A stretch of DNA of 64,000 nucleotides, from contig CBDCRW010000002.1 in NCBI GenBank assembly GCA_965221125.1, forward strand, positions 146,749 through 210,748, written 5' to 3'. The notes under the pieces were generated by a model, which did not search any database, was not told the DNA's origin, and saw only the letters and a program-made list of their open reading frames with translations. The position numbers and the translations under genes were made by a program. Below, piece by piece: positions 54,757-64,000 of the stretch. Each line of letters opens with the position of its first letter. Positions within the stretch are counted from its first letter, which is position 1. The DNA comes from Alphaproteobacteria bacterium. GTDB taxonomy: Bacteria; Pseudomonadota; Alphaproteobacteria; UBA828.

Positions 54757-55590
54757 CTAGGCCGCGTCGGCTTGGCCGGGCCGGGCGTCCTCGGCCTGCG
54801 GGGGCGCGGCGTCCTCCGGCGGCCCGTAGAGCTCGGCGAAGAGCCGCTGCGCCGCCTCTTCCATCGTCGATTCGAGGCGCTGCATGAATTCGCGGCGCGG
54901 CAGCCCCGGCGGGATCGGCGGCAGGTACTCCATGACGATGGTGCCGGGATAGCGCCGGAAGGAGCCCTTGGGCCAGTGCATGCCCGAGTTGAGCACCACC
55001 GGAACCACCGGCACGTCGAGGGCGCCGTAGAGGGCTGCCACGCCGGGCCGGTAGGGCAGCTTCTCGCCGGGCAGGACCCGCGTGCCTTCGGGGAAGATCA
55101 CCACCGGGCGGCCGCGCGCCACCGCCTTCTTCGCGCCCCGGATGAGGCCGCGCAGGGATTTTCCGCCGCCCTCGCGGTCGACGAAGATCATGTTCACCTT
55201 GGCCGAGAACCAGCCGTAGCCGGGGACGTAGGAGAGCTCCTTCTTGATGACGTAGGCGGGGTCGTCGAGCTCGTGCAGGAAGACGTGGGCCTCCCACTCC
55301 GACTGGTGCTTGGACGCGATGATCGCGGCCCCCGTGGGCCGGTGCTCGCGGTTGCGGATTTCGGAATGGACGCCCGCGATGATCCTGAGCAGGAACCCGT
55401 TGCCGGCGGACCAGGTGATGACGAATTGGCGGAACCAGGCGCGCGGCAGCACCAGCATCGGCACCATGACGGTGCCGATCATCACGCCCCAGGTATAGAA
55501 GGCGACCGTGCAGAGCGCCGAGCGCAGCGTGTTGCCAAGCGTGTGCGCCGGCGCAGGCCGATACCGAGAGTCCGGCGCGCCAGTGCCCAC
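54757..55590 (-). CDS. plsC: 1-acyl-sn-glycerol-3-phosphate acyltransferase
   Basis: KHQS.WE, K.EL, FPEGTR; start uncertain (GTG 55590 or 55485/55482). Confidence 0.85.
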   Translation of the reverse strand: MGTGAPDSRYRPAPAHTLGNTLRSALCTVAFYTWGVMIGTVMVPMLVLPRAWFRQFVITWSAGNGFLLRIIAGVHSEIRNREHRPTGAAIIASKHQSEWEAHVFLHELDDPAYVIKKELSYVPGYGWFSAKVNMIFVDREGGGKSLRGLIRGAKKAVARGRPVVIFPEGTRVLPGEKLPYRPGVAALYGALDVPVVPVVLNSGMHWPKGSFRRYPGTIVMEYLPPIPPGLPRREFMQRLESTMEEAAQRLFAELYGPPEDAAPPQAEDARPGQADAA

Positions 55591-56171
55591 AGATACTTGG
55601 TGAACTCGCTCGCGATCAGGGCCGCGGTCCCGCGATAGCGCCACCAATGCTCGACCTTGACGTGCTCCGGAAACACAGGGTGTGCCACGAGAGTAGCATT
55701 TGGCATGGCGCTTCGGAACTCCATCATGGCGCGCAGCATGTGATAGCCGCTGGTGACCAGGCGCAGGCTCGTGAAGGCGCGGCTCTCCATCCAGGCGGCG
55801 GCTTCCCGCGCGTTCGCCTCGGTGTCCTCGGCCTCGTAGCCAAGCTCCACGCAGCAGGCCCAGAGGGCGGGATCGTGGCGCTCGCGCAGCTCCTCCCGTT
55901 CGACTCCCTCGCCCACGCCGGTCACGAAGAGCGCCTGCGCGCGGCCCTCCTCCAGCAGGCGCAGGCCCTCCTCCAGCCTGCCCGAGCCGCCGGTCGGCAC
56001 GACGATGGCCTCTGTGACGAGGTCCGGCCGGTCGGAGGCCTCGCGCGAGGCCTCGGCGAACCACGCGAGCCCGCCGGACCAGAGCAGGGCTGCGACGGCG
56101 AGCGCCGTCAGCACCACGCGCGCAACGCGGAGCGCCCATCGCCGGGTTCGTTCTCTCGCGCTAGACTCCAT
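55482..56171 (-). CDS. YdcF/DUF218 family protein
   Basis: AIVVPTGG..R, T..NA.E, LVTS.YHM.RA, EF.KY. Confidence 0.85.
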   Translation of the reverse strand: MESSARERTRRWALRVARVVLTALAVAALLWSGGLAWFAEASREASDRPDLVTEAIVVPTGGSGRLEEGLRLLEEGRAQALFVTGVGEGVEREELRERHDPALWACCVELGYEAEDTEANAREAAAWMESRAFTSLRLVTSGYHMLRAMMEFRSAMPNATLVAHPVFPEHVKVEHWWRYRGTAALIASEFTKYLWALARRTLGIGLRRRTRLATRCARRSARSPSIPGA

Positions 56172-56331
56172 GCCGGGCTGCCGAGTCGGCCACCGCCTGG
56201 CGGGTACGCGGGCCGTGCGCCCCAGCACCGCCGGACCATCCGGGGTTGACAGAGCGGGTATAGAGGGTACTTGGTCCCGCCGCCCATGCCATGGGTATTG
56301 ATTCGGAGAGAGGGCGCCTGCCCGTTCCCCC

Positions 56332-56967
56332 ATGATCATACGCTGCTTCGCCTGCTCGACGCGCTTTCGGATCGATCCGGCCGCCCTCGGCGACTCCGGC
56401 CGCCGCGTGCGGTGCTCGAGCTGCGGTCATGTCTGGCTCGAGCTGCCGCAGCGGAGCGTGGCCCCGCGGCCTGAGCCGAACGTGCCCCCGCCGGCGCCTT
56501 CCCCGCCGCCCGCGCCTGAGCGCAGCGGGGTGTGGATCGGCTGGCTTGTCGCCGGCTTCGTCGTCGCGGTCGTGCTGACCGGGCTTGCGCTCGGCCGCAA
56601 CACCATCGTCGCCGCCTGGCCGGACACCGTGGGGGCCTACGATTCCGCCGGGCTGCCGATCAGGGTGCCACACGCCGACGGCCTTCGCATCGCCGGGATC
56701 GAGTCGGAGCGCGTGCAGGGGGGCAACGGCGCGGTCCTGCTGGTGCGCGGGGTCATCGAGAATACCATCGAGAACAGCCGCACGGTGCCCACCCTGCAGG
56801 CGGTGCTTGTCGACGAGGCCGGCACGGAGCTGCATCGCTGGCGCGTGGCTGCGGTTGCGACCGTTCTCGACGGCGGTCGGACGACGACCTTCGAGAGCTG
56901 GCTCGCGGAGCCGCCGGAGGGAGCCGCGCGGGTCACCGTGGGCTTCGTCGTCGAGGATCGAGGGTAG
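56332..56967 (+). CDS. zinc-ribbon (MJ0042-type) / DUF3426 membrane protein
   Basis: CFAC.TRF..GRRVRCSSCGHVW, Pro-rich linker, TM helix, G.I.N. Confidence 0.85.
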   Translation: MIIRCFACSTRFRIDPAALGDSGRRVRCSSCGHVWLELPQRSVAPRPEPNVPPPAPSPPPAPERSGVWIGWLVAGFVVAVVLTGLALGRNTIVAAWPDTVGAYDSAGLPIRVPHADGLRIAGIESERVQGGNGAVLLVRGVIENTIENSRTVPTLQAVLVDEAGTELHRWRVAAVATVLDGGRTTTFESWLAEPPEGAARVTVGFVVEDRG

Positions 56968-56988
56968 CGCGGCACGGCCGGGCGGCTC

Positions 56989-58257
56989 TCAAGCGAGCCA
57001 GGAGGGGACCAGGTTGCGCGCCAGCAGGGCCTCGTGATCCTGGCGCGGTCGGATGGACGAGAGCGCGTCGCCCCGCACCATGACCTCAGCAGGCAACGGG
57101 CGGCCGTTGTAAGTTGATGCCATGACGGAGCCGTAGGCGCCCACGTCGCGCACCGCCAGCAGGTCGCCGGCGGCAAGAGGCGGTAGCCGCCGCCCCCGCC
57201 CCAGCACGTCGCCGCTCTCGCAGACCGGGCCGGCAATGTCGGTCTCCACGGTTTCGGCGCCCGGCGCGGGTTCCGCCACCGGCTCGATGCCGTGCCAGGC
57301 GTCGTAGAGCGCGGGCCGCAGCAGGTCGTTCATGGCGGCGTCGACGATGGCCCAGCGGCGCGCGCCCGCCTGCTTGACCGCGATCACGCGGGTGAGCAGC
57401 ACGCCTGACGGCGCCACCAGCCAGCGGCCGGGCTCGATCGCCACGGTCACGCCGAGACGCTGGCGGACGCGCTCGACCAGCGCGCCGTAGGAATCGACAT
57501 CGGGCGGCGTCTCGTCCCGGTAGCGGACGCCGAGCCCGCCGCCGAGGTTGAGCCGCGTCACCGGATGGCCGGCCGCGCGCAGGCTGTCGACCAGCGCGAC
57601 GAGGCGGTCGAAGGCGGCCTCGAACGGCGCGAGGCGCGCGAGCTGCGAGCCGATGTGGACGGCGAGGCCCACGGGCTCGATCCCTGCCAGCGCCGCCGCG
57701 CGGGCGTAGAGCGCCGGAATCTCCGCGTCGTCGATTCCGAACTTGTCGCCGCGCCGGCCGGTGGCGATCTTGTCGTGGGTCTCGGCATCGACGTCCGGGT
57801 TGACGCGGAGCGCGACCGACGCGCGCGTGCCCTGCGCCTGGGCGGCCGCGTCGAGGGCGTCGAGCTCGGCGGGCGATTCGACGTTGAACTGCCCGACCCC
57901 GCTGGCGAGCGCGAAATCCATCTCCTCCCGCGTCTTGCCCGGCCCGGCGAACACCAGGCGGTCCGGCGCCATGCCGGCGCGGAGCGCGCCACGCAGCTCG
58001 CCGCCCGAGATGATGTCCGCGCCCGCGCCGAGGCGGGCGAAGGTGCGGATCACGGCGAGGGTGTCGTTGGCCTTGACCGCGTAGCAGACGAGCGCGTTCG
58101 GCGCGGCGGCGGCGAGCGCGCGGTAGCGGGCGACCAGGGCCCCGTTGGCATAGCAGTAGGTGGGCGTGCCGAACTCGGCAGCTATGGCCGCGAGCGAGAC
58201 CCCCTCGGCGTGCAGGACGCGGCGGCCCTGCTCCCCCCGGTAGACGAACGCGTCCAC
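56989..58257 (-). CDS. lysA: diaminopimelate decarboxylase
   Basis: YAVKAN, HIGSQ, GGGLG, EPGR, GPVCESGD, GAYG. Confidence 0.95.
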   Translation of the reverse strand: MDAFVYRGEQGRRVLHAEGVSLAAIAAEFGTPTYCYANGALVARYRALAAAAPNALVCYAVKANDTLAVIRTFARLGAGADIISGGELRGALRAGMAPDRLVFAGPGKTREEMDFALASGVGQFNVESPAELDALDAAAQAQGTRASVALRVNPDVDAETHDKIATGRRGDKFGIDDAEIPALYARAAALAGIEPVGLAVHIGSQLARLAPFEAAFDRLVALVDSLRAAGHPVTRLNLGGGLGVRYRDETPPDVDSYGALVERVRQRLGVTVAIEPGRWLVAPSGVLLTRVIAVKQAGARRWAIVDAAMNDLLRPALYDAWHGIEPVAEPAPGAETVETDIAGPVCESGDVLGRGRRLPPLAAGDLLAVRDVGAYGSVMASTYNGRPLPAEVMVRGDALSSIRPRQDHEALLARNLVPSWLA

Positions 58258-58269
58258 GTGGCGCGCGCC

Positions 58270-58410
58270 TCAGGCCCGGTACGGGAGCGAGGCGGCCCGC
58301 GCCTCTTCCGGCGGCGGCTCGAGCGGCGCCTTTCTGCCGCAGCTCGAGAGCGCCACGACCAGGCCGATGGCGGCGACGATCGTCATCAGGAGGCTGAGCT
58401 TGCGTATCAT
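58270..58410 (-). CDS. small lipoprotein, LptM/LppL-like (46 aa)
   Basis: own translation MIRKLSLLMTIVAAIGLVVALSSCGRKAPLEPPP...; lipobox plus CG.K.PL..P motif, between argH and lysA. Confidence 0.8.
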   Translation of the reverse strand: MIRKLSLLMTIVAAIGLVVALSSCGRKAPLEPPPEEARAASLPYRA

Positions 58411-58458
58411 GTGATCCGGCCCTCCGCGCGGCCCCGGCACGCGGGCCGGGGCGCGCCT

Positions 58459-59895
58459 CTATAGGAAACGCCGCCGGGCGCGCGCAACCTGTTTCGCGAC
58501 CTCGCCGGGCGCGGTGCCGCCCTCGCTGGTCCGCCGCGCGATGGCCTGGGCGGGGTCGAGCAGCGCCAGCGCGGCCGCCGTGATGCGGGGCTCGACGGCC
58601 TGCAGGTCGGCGAGCGGCAGGTCCTTGAGATTGCAGCCCTTGTCGTCCGCGAGCCTGACCACCCGCCCGGTGATCGCGTGGGCCTCGCGGAAAGGCACGC
58701 CCGCCTCCTGCACCAGCCAGTCGGCGAGGTCGGTCGCGGTCGCGTGGCCCGTGCCGGCGGCGCGCGCCATGGCATCCGCGTTCACGGTCATGTCGCGGAT
58801 CATGCCGGTCGCCGCCGCGAGACAGAGCGCGAGCGAATCGAAGGCGTCGAAGAGGGGCTCCTTGTCCTCCTGCATGTCCTTCGAATAGGTGAGCGCGAGA
58901 CCCTTCATCATGGTGAGCAGGCCGATGAGCGCGCCGACGACGCGCCCGGTCTTGCCGCGCACCAGCTCGGCGGCGTCCGGGTTGCGCTTCTGCGGCATGA
59001 TGGAGCTGCCGGTCGAGAAGCGGTCGGAGAGCGCGATGAAGCCGAACTGCGCGCTCGACCAGAGCACCAGCTCCTCCGCCAGCCGCGAGAGGTGCATGAC
59101 GATCAGCGCCGCCGCCGCCAGCGCCTCCACCACGAAGTCGCGGTCCGAGACCGCGTCGATGGAGTTGGCCGCCGGCCGGTCGAAGCCCAGCAGCGCGGCG
59201 GTCATGGCGCGGTCGATGGGAAACGAGGTGCCGGCGAGCGCCGCGGCGCCCAAGGGCGATTCGTTGAGGCGCTCGCGGCAGTCGGCGAGGCGCCCGCGGT
59301 CGCGGCCGATCATCTCGACGTAGGCGAGCAGGTGATGGCCGAGGGCGACCGGCTGCGCCACTTGCAGGTGGGTGAAGCCCGGCATGACGGTGGCCGCGTG
59401 CTCCTCGGCCCGGTCGATCAGCGCGGCCTGGAGGTCGCGGCACGCCGCGTCGGCCTCGTCCAGACGCGCGCGCAGCCAGAGCCGCAGGTCGGTCGCCACC
59501 TGGTCGTTGCGCGAGCGCGCGGTGTGCAGCCGGCCGGCGGCCGGGCCGATGAGCGCGGCAAGCCGGGCCTCGATGTTCATGTGGATGTCTTCCAGCGCGC
59601 GGTCGAAGGGGAAGCCGCCGGTCTCGATCTCGCCCTGCACCCGGTGCAGGCCCTGCGTGATCGCGTCCGCGTCCTCCCGCGACACGATCCCCTGCTTCGC
59701 CAGCATGGTGACGTGCGCGACGGAGCCCGCGATGTCCTCCGCGTAGAGCCTGCGGTCGAAGTCGATGGAGGCGTTGATCGCCTCCATCACCGCGTCGGGC
59801 GATGCGTCGAAGCGGCCGCCCCACATGCGGTTGGGGGCGTTCGTTGTGTCCGCCTCGGACACCGGCGGCTCGGCCGGAGGTTTCTTGCGTGTCAT
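58459..59895 (-). CDS. argH: argininosuccinate lyase
   Basis: [27 protein letters not shown]. Confidence 0.97.
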   Translation of the reverse strand: MTRKKPPAEPPVSEADTTNAPNRMWGGRFDASPDAVMEAINASIDFDRRLYAEDIAGSVAHVTMLAKQGIVSREDADAITQGLHRVQGEIETGGFPFDRALEDIHMNIEARLAALIGPAAGRLHTARSRNDQVATDLRLWLRARLDEADAACRDLQAALIDRAEEHAATVMPGFTHLQVAQPVALGHHLLAYVEMIGRDRGRLADCRERLNESPLGAAALAGTSFPIDRAMTAALLGFDRPAANSIDAVSDRDFVVEALAAAALIVMHLSRLAEELVLWSSAQFGFIALSDRFSTGSSIMPQKRNPDAAELVRGKTGRVVGALIGLLTMMKGLALTYSKDMQEDKEPLFDAFDSLALCLAAATGMIRDMTVNADAMARAAGTGHATATDLADWLVQEAGVPFREAHAITGRVVRLADDKGCNLKDLPLADLQAVEPRITAAALALLDPAQAIARRTSEGGTAPGEVAKQVARARRRFL

Positions 59896-60004
59896 GAGTC
59901 GGCGACTCCACCGCTTCCTCGACTAGTATTGCAGAGTCCCGCGGGAATAGGAGCCGAACGCAGGGTTCTGGAACCCCGCGCAAGGGCGTGGCACCCTGCG
60001 CGCC

Positions 60005-60898
60005 ATGAGCGACGCGCGGCAATTCATGGTCAAGCCGGACCCGGACGACGGGCGGCTCACGCGCCTGCTTGGCGGCGTGGATCAGGAGGGCGCGGCCATC
60101 GAGGCGCGGGTGGTGGAAGAACGGCCGCTCACGCTCTTCCTCAATTCGCAGGAGATCGTCACGGTGATGACGATCCGCGACTACCCGGAATATCTCGCGC
60201 TCGGTTACCTGCTCAACCAGAACATGCTGCGCCACGACGACGAGGTGACGGGCATCGACTACGACGAGGACATCGAGACCGTGGTCGTCCGCACCCGCCG
60301 CGCGACGGACTACGAGGCGACGCTGCGGAAGAAGACGCTGACCTCCGGCTGCGCCCAGGGCACCGTGTTCGGCGACCTGATGGAGCGCTTCGAGGCGACC
60401 GTGCTGGACCCGGAGGCGAAGCTCAGGACCTCGTGGCTCTACGCGCTGAGCCGGGCCATCAACATGCAGCCGAGCCTCTACCTCGCAGCCGGCGCCATCC
60501 ACGGCTGCGTGCTGTGCCAGGAAGCGCGGCCGCTGGTCTACATGGAGGATGTCGGCCGGCACAACGCCATCGACAAGATCGCGGGCTACATGTTCCGCGG
60601 CGGCATCGGGGCAGCGGACAAGATCATGTACACCACCGGGCGGCTCACCAGCGAGATGGTGATCAAGACGGTAACCATGGGGATTCCGATCCTGATCTCG
60701 CGCTCGGGCTTCACCGCCTGGGGCGTGGAGCTCGCCCGCGAGGCCGGGCTCACGCTGATCGGGCGTGCGCGGGGCAAGCGCTTCATCGCGCTCGCCGGCG
60801 CGGACCGCCTCGTCTTCGACGCCGATGCGTCCGCCGTCGCCGAGGAGGCGAGGCACCATCGGCGCAAGGGCAGCGTCGCGGCCGAGGACGCGGCCTGA
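60005..60898 (+). CDS. fdhD: formate dehydrogenase accessory sulfurtransferase FdhD
   Basis: TSGC.QG, G.IHG, EDVGRHNA.DK, TGRL.SEMV.K. Confidence 0.9.
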   Translation: MSDARQFMVKPDPDDGRLTRLLGGVDQEGAAIEARVVEERPLTLFLNSQEIVTVMTIRDYPEYLALGYLLNQNMLRHDDEVTGIDYDEDIETVVVRTRRATDYEATLRKKTLTSGCAQGTVFGDLMERFEATVLDPEAKLRTSWLYALSRAINMQPSLYLAAGAIHGCVLCQEARPLVYMEDVGRHNAIDKIAGYMFRGGIGAADKIMYTTGRLTSEMVIKTVTMGIPILISRSGFTAWGVELAREAGLTLIGRARGKRFIALAGADRLVFDADASAVAEEARHHRRKGSVAAEDAA

Positions 60899-60939
60899 CG
60901 GGTCAGCGCGGCGCCGGCTGTTTCCGACAGAGGAGCCCG

Positions 60940-61407
60940 ATGATCGAGATCAACGGCATGGCCCACGTCGTGCTCACCGTGAGCCGCTTCGACGAGGCGC
61001 GGGCCTTCTACTGCGAGCTGCTGCCCTTCCTCGGCATGCACAAGGTCTTTGACGGCAACGACTTCGTCTACCACGTGGGCGGGCGCACCGCGCTCGGCGT
61101 GCAGCGCGCGGCCGCGGAGTACGAGGGCGAGCGCTTCGTCCAGGGCCGCGTGGGGCTGCACCACCTCTGCCTGCGCGCACGCTCCCGCGAGGACGTGGAC
61201 ACGGCGGCGGCCAAGCTACGCGAGATGGGCGCCGTGATCGACCGCGGGCCGATGGAGCGGGAGTGGGCGCCCGGCTACTACTTCGTGGTCTTCGAGGACC
61301 CGGACGGCATTCGCCTTGAGATCAACCACATTCCGGGCAAGGGGCTGCTGGCGGGTGAGACGCCGGCCGCGCCGAGCGACGACCCGGACTGGGGGGCGAA
61401 TCCGTGA
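60940..61407 (+). CDS. VOC/glyoxalase family protein
   Basis: HVVLTV, GLHHLC, FEDPDG.RLE. Confidence 0.85.
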   Translation: MIEINGMAHVVLTVSRFDEARAFYCELLPFLGMHKVFDGNDFVYHVGGRTALGVQRAAAEYEGERFVQGRVGLHHLCLRARSREDVDTAAAKLREMGAVIDRGPMEREWAPGYYFVVFEDPDGIRLEINHIPGKGLLAGETPAAPSDDPDWGANP

Positions 61408-61430
61408 GTCACGCCGCTGGAGAGGGCCGG

Positions 61431-61877
61431 ATGCTGACCGGGGAGATGCAGACGCTGATCGGGCGGTTCTCCGCCGGGGCCGTCGCGACGGTGAACGCCG
61501 ACGGCACGCCCTCGGTCTCGCCCAAGGCGACGTTCGTGATCCTCGACGAGCGCACCCTTGCCTTCGGCCACATCCGCTCGCCGGGGACGATTGAGAACCT
61601 GCGCCGCAACCCTGCGGTGGAGGTCTGCTTCACCGACGTGGTCGCCCGCCGGGCAGTGCGGGTGACGGGCCGGGCCACGATCGTCCGCCGGGCGGATGCC
61701 GATGCCGCCCTCGATAAGGCCTTCGATGCGGCGTGGGGACCCTACTGCCCCCGCATGGGCGCCTACGTGAAGATTGCCGTGAGCGCCGCCGAGATGATCC
61801 TCTCGCCGGCCTACGACCTCGGCTTCACCGAGGATGAGCTGCGCAAGACCAACCTCGAGAAGCTGAACACCTACTGA
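61431..61877 (+). CDS. pyridoxamine 5'-phosphate oxidase family protein
   Basis: VATV..DG.P.VSPK, S..T..NL..NP; alternative GTG start at 61404. Confidence 0.82.
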   Translation: MLTGEMQTLIGRFSAGAVATVNADGTPSVSPKATFVILDERTLAFGHIRSPGTIENLRRNPAVEVCFTDVVARRAVRVTGRATIVRRADADAALDKAFDAAWGPYCPRMGAYVKIAVSAAEMILSPAYDLGFTEDELRKTNLEKLNTY

Positions 61878-61926
61878 CCGGGCGCCGGGACCGTTTCGGT
61901 CGACCCCGGTCCGGCGCCAGAGGGCG

Positions 61927-62217
61927 TCACGCGGCAGGCGCGAGACGCTCGACCTTGATCCGATCCGCCTTCTTCAGGGCCTGGGCCAGTTCCCAGGTCG
62001 ACTGCAGCCGGTACCAGGTATCGGCACCGCCGCCGAACGCCTTGTCGAGGCGAATCGCCATCTCCGGCGAGATGCCGGCGCGGCAGTTCACGACGTCCGA
62101 GAGCTGCTTGCGGCTGACGCCGAGCTTGCGCGCCGCTTCCGTCACGCTGAGGCCCAGCGGCTCGAGGCAGTCATGACGCACCGAGAGACCCGGATGCGGC
62201 GGGTTCTTCATTGGCAT
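61927..62217 (-). CDS. higA: HigA antitoxin
   Basis: PPHPG, HTH, ISPEMA.RL, W.RLQ. Confidence 0.9.
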   Translation of the reverse strand: MPMKNPPHPGLSVRHDCLEPLGLSVTEAARKLGVSRKQLSDVVNCRAGISPEMAIRLDKAFGGGADTWYRLQSTWELAQALKKADRIKVERLAPAA

Positions 62218-62233
62218 GGTGCGGTCCTCCCCC

Positions 62234-62512
62234 CTAGTGGTAGTCGACCAGATCGACATCCGTCACGTCACTGCCTTCGAAGCGGAAGACGATGCGCCAG
62301 TTGCCCGAGACGCTGACGGCCCAATGATCGGCGAGATCGCCCCTCAGGAGATGCAACTGGAATCCGGGCAGGTTCATGTCGCCAAGCTCGGACGCTTCGT
62401 CGAGGCGGGCAAGGACACGTTCAATCTTGGGCATCAACTCGGGCGAGACCCGTCGACCGTCACCCTTCTCGAACAGGCGCCTGAGGCCCGCATGACGGAA
62501 ACGAAGAATCAT
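62234..62512 (-). CDS. higB: HigB toxin (RelE/ParE family)
   Basis: F.H.GL, PG..LH.L.G, VSGNWRI.F.F, DYH; toxin gene precedes antitoxin. Confidence 0.9.
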   Translation of the reverse strand: MILRFRHAGLRRLFEKGDGRRVSPELMPKIERVLARLDEASELGDMNLPGFQLHLLRGDLADHWAVSVSGNWRIVFRFEGSDVTDVDLVDYH

Positions 62513-62871
62513 GAGCGATCATGTCACCTGTCACGGGGCACTTTACACCATGAGATATGATTCGTCGCCTCGAATCTTCAATCCCTTCACGGCCGGATTG
62601 GCAGGGTCGTGGCCCCGCCAGTTGCCCGGACCATGGTGCGGTGCACCGCGCGGGGCGTGCGCGCGATCATCGTGCCATGTGGCAGTCGGAAAACCCCGCG
62701 TGTGCCGGCGGGACGGAGAGGGCGCGCGCAGCAGAAGGAGACCCGAAGAGTGGGGATTCGTGGCGCGGGGCGTTGCCCAGGGCGGTCCGCTTCGTCGCCG
62801 GCGGCCGGCGCCACAAATGCGCCGCCGCGGCTTCTGTTGCCGCCACTCGGAAGCGCGGCTGCCCGTTTTGT

Positions 62872-62960
62872 CGTATCTCACCTTGTCTCGGCTTGTCTCG
62901 GCTTGTCTCGGCTTATCTCGGCTTTTTCGGCAAAAAAAGTTGGCGGACAAGTGAGATACG
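62872..62960. repeat. 10-bp tandem array (CTTGTCTCGG x3 + CTTATCTCGG + degenerate unit) within a 15-bp inverted repeat
   Basis: tandem units at 62882-62930; IR arms CGTATCTCAC(C)TTGTC at 62872-62887 and GACAAGTGAGATACG at 62946-62960. Confidence 0.85.
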
Positions 62961-62978
62961 CTGCCGGAATTCTTGCAT

Positions 62979-62993
62979 GTTCAGCATATGTTC
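62979..62993. promoter_or_regulatory. LexA box
   Basis: perfect GTTC-agcatat-GTTC; minus-strand TTGACC at 63019-63024. Confidence 0.75.
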
Positions 62994-63123
62994 CATGTGA
63001 GGAAGACAGGGATTCGGCGGTCAACGTGGCATCGCGCGCTGCGTCGCGGAGGCGCTGCGCGAGGGGGTGGATGACGTCCGCGACTCTTGATTTTGCCTGC
63101 GCGAGCCTGTGGGCGCGCAGGAC

Positions 63124-64000
63124 TCAGGCGATGGCGGCGACCGGCTCGCGGTCGAGGTCGCGCAAGCCCGCATCCTGCTCCGCGCCGACGAGCCGCCATG
63201 CGTCCGCATCGTCCAGGAGAGCGGAGAGGAGCGCGTGATTCATGCCGTGGCCGGAGCGCAGGCAGCGCACGTGGCCGAGGATCGGCGCCCCGGCGAGGTA
63301 GAGGTCGCCGAAGCAGTCGAGCGCCTTGTGCCGCGCGCACTCGTCCGGGAAGCGCAGGCCCTCTTCGTTGAGAGGCCCGTCGTCGCCCATGACCACGGTG
63401 TTCTCCAGCGACCCGCCGCGGCCCATGCCGGCGGCGAGGATGCTTTCCACATCCGATTCCCGGCAGAAGGTCCGCGCCCGCGCAAGCTCGCTGCGGAAGC
63501 CGGTGCGCGACGGATCGAAGAGGATCGACTGATGCCCGAGCGCGGGATGGTCGAAGTCGATGTCGCAGCGAATGGAGAAGGCGTCCGCCGGGGCGATGCT
63601 GATGTAGCGCTCCTCGTCGCCGAGGTGGATGGGCTTCAGCACCTGGATCGTGCGCCGGGGGGCGCACTGCTCGACGATGCCGGCGCACTCGATGAGGAAG
63701 ACGAACGGGGCGGCGCTCCCGTCCATGACGGGGACCTCCTCGCCGTCCAGCTCGACCACCGCGTTGTCGATCCCGCAGCCGGCGAAGGCGGCCATCAGGT
63801 GCTCGATGGTCCGCACCGAGACGTGGCCGTTGCCGATCGCGGTGCACAGCCTGGCGTCGACGACGTTCCCGTAGACGGCCTCGATCGTCCGGCGGGAGCC
63901 GGCCGGCCGGTCGGTGCGGCAGAACACGATGCCGGTGCCGGGCGGCGCCGGGCGCAGCTCCATGCGCACCTTGCGGTTGCTGTGGACGCCGATACCGGCA
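63124..64000 (-). CDS. lpxC: UDP-3-O-acyl-N-acetylglucosamine deacetylase (5' end outside the window)
   Basis: TIEHLMAA, PVMDGSA, ARARTF, HKALD..GDL. Confidence 0.95.
   Translation of the reverse strand, partial: AGIGVHSNRKVRMELRPAPPGTGIVFCRTDRPAGSRRTIEAVYGNVVDARLCTAIGNGHVSVRTIEHLMAAFAGCGIDNAVVELDGEEVPVMDGSAAPFVFLIECAGIVEQCAPRRTIQVLKPIHLGDEERYISIAPADAFSIRCDIDFDHPALGHQSILFDPSRTGFRSELARARTFCRESDVESILAAGMGRGGSLENTVVMGDDGPLNEEGLRFPDECARHKALDCFGDLYLAGAPILGHVRCLRSGHGMNHALLSALLDDADAWRLVGAEQDAGLRDLDREPVAAIA

Noticed and set aside
62882-62930. Possible CRISPR array
   Set aside because: The units are 10 bp, contiguous and without spacers, and there are no cas genes.

Overview
High-GC (roughly 70% by eye) alphaproteobacterial chromosomal segment, supported by GTTC-N7-GTTC LexA boxes and the gltX/comEC/lexA, kdsD-lptCAB and argH-lptM-lysA gene orders. 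The core content is the str-S10-spc ribosomal cluster (rpsL to adk, 16.3-32.0 kb), purD, bioBA, kdsD-lptCAB, dusA, plsC, lysA, argH, fdhD and the 3' part of lpxC. Accessory genes are dominated by nitrogen-compound catabolism: a deaminase/barbiturase-like/ThDP-enzyme operon downstream of gltX, a cobalt nitrile hydratase whose beta subunit is split into two genes, a lone ectoine hydrolase, hydantoinase A/B and a TRAP transporter. The class II ribonucleotide reductase carries a 375-aa LAGLIDADG intein at its catalytic Cys. There are two families of dispersed palindromic intergenic repeats. An orphan LexA box followed by a 10-bp tandem array inside an inverted repeat lies upstream of higBA. No rRNA, tRNA, CRISPR array or transposase was recognised. 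All calls rest on motif recognition by eye; no database search was run.
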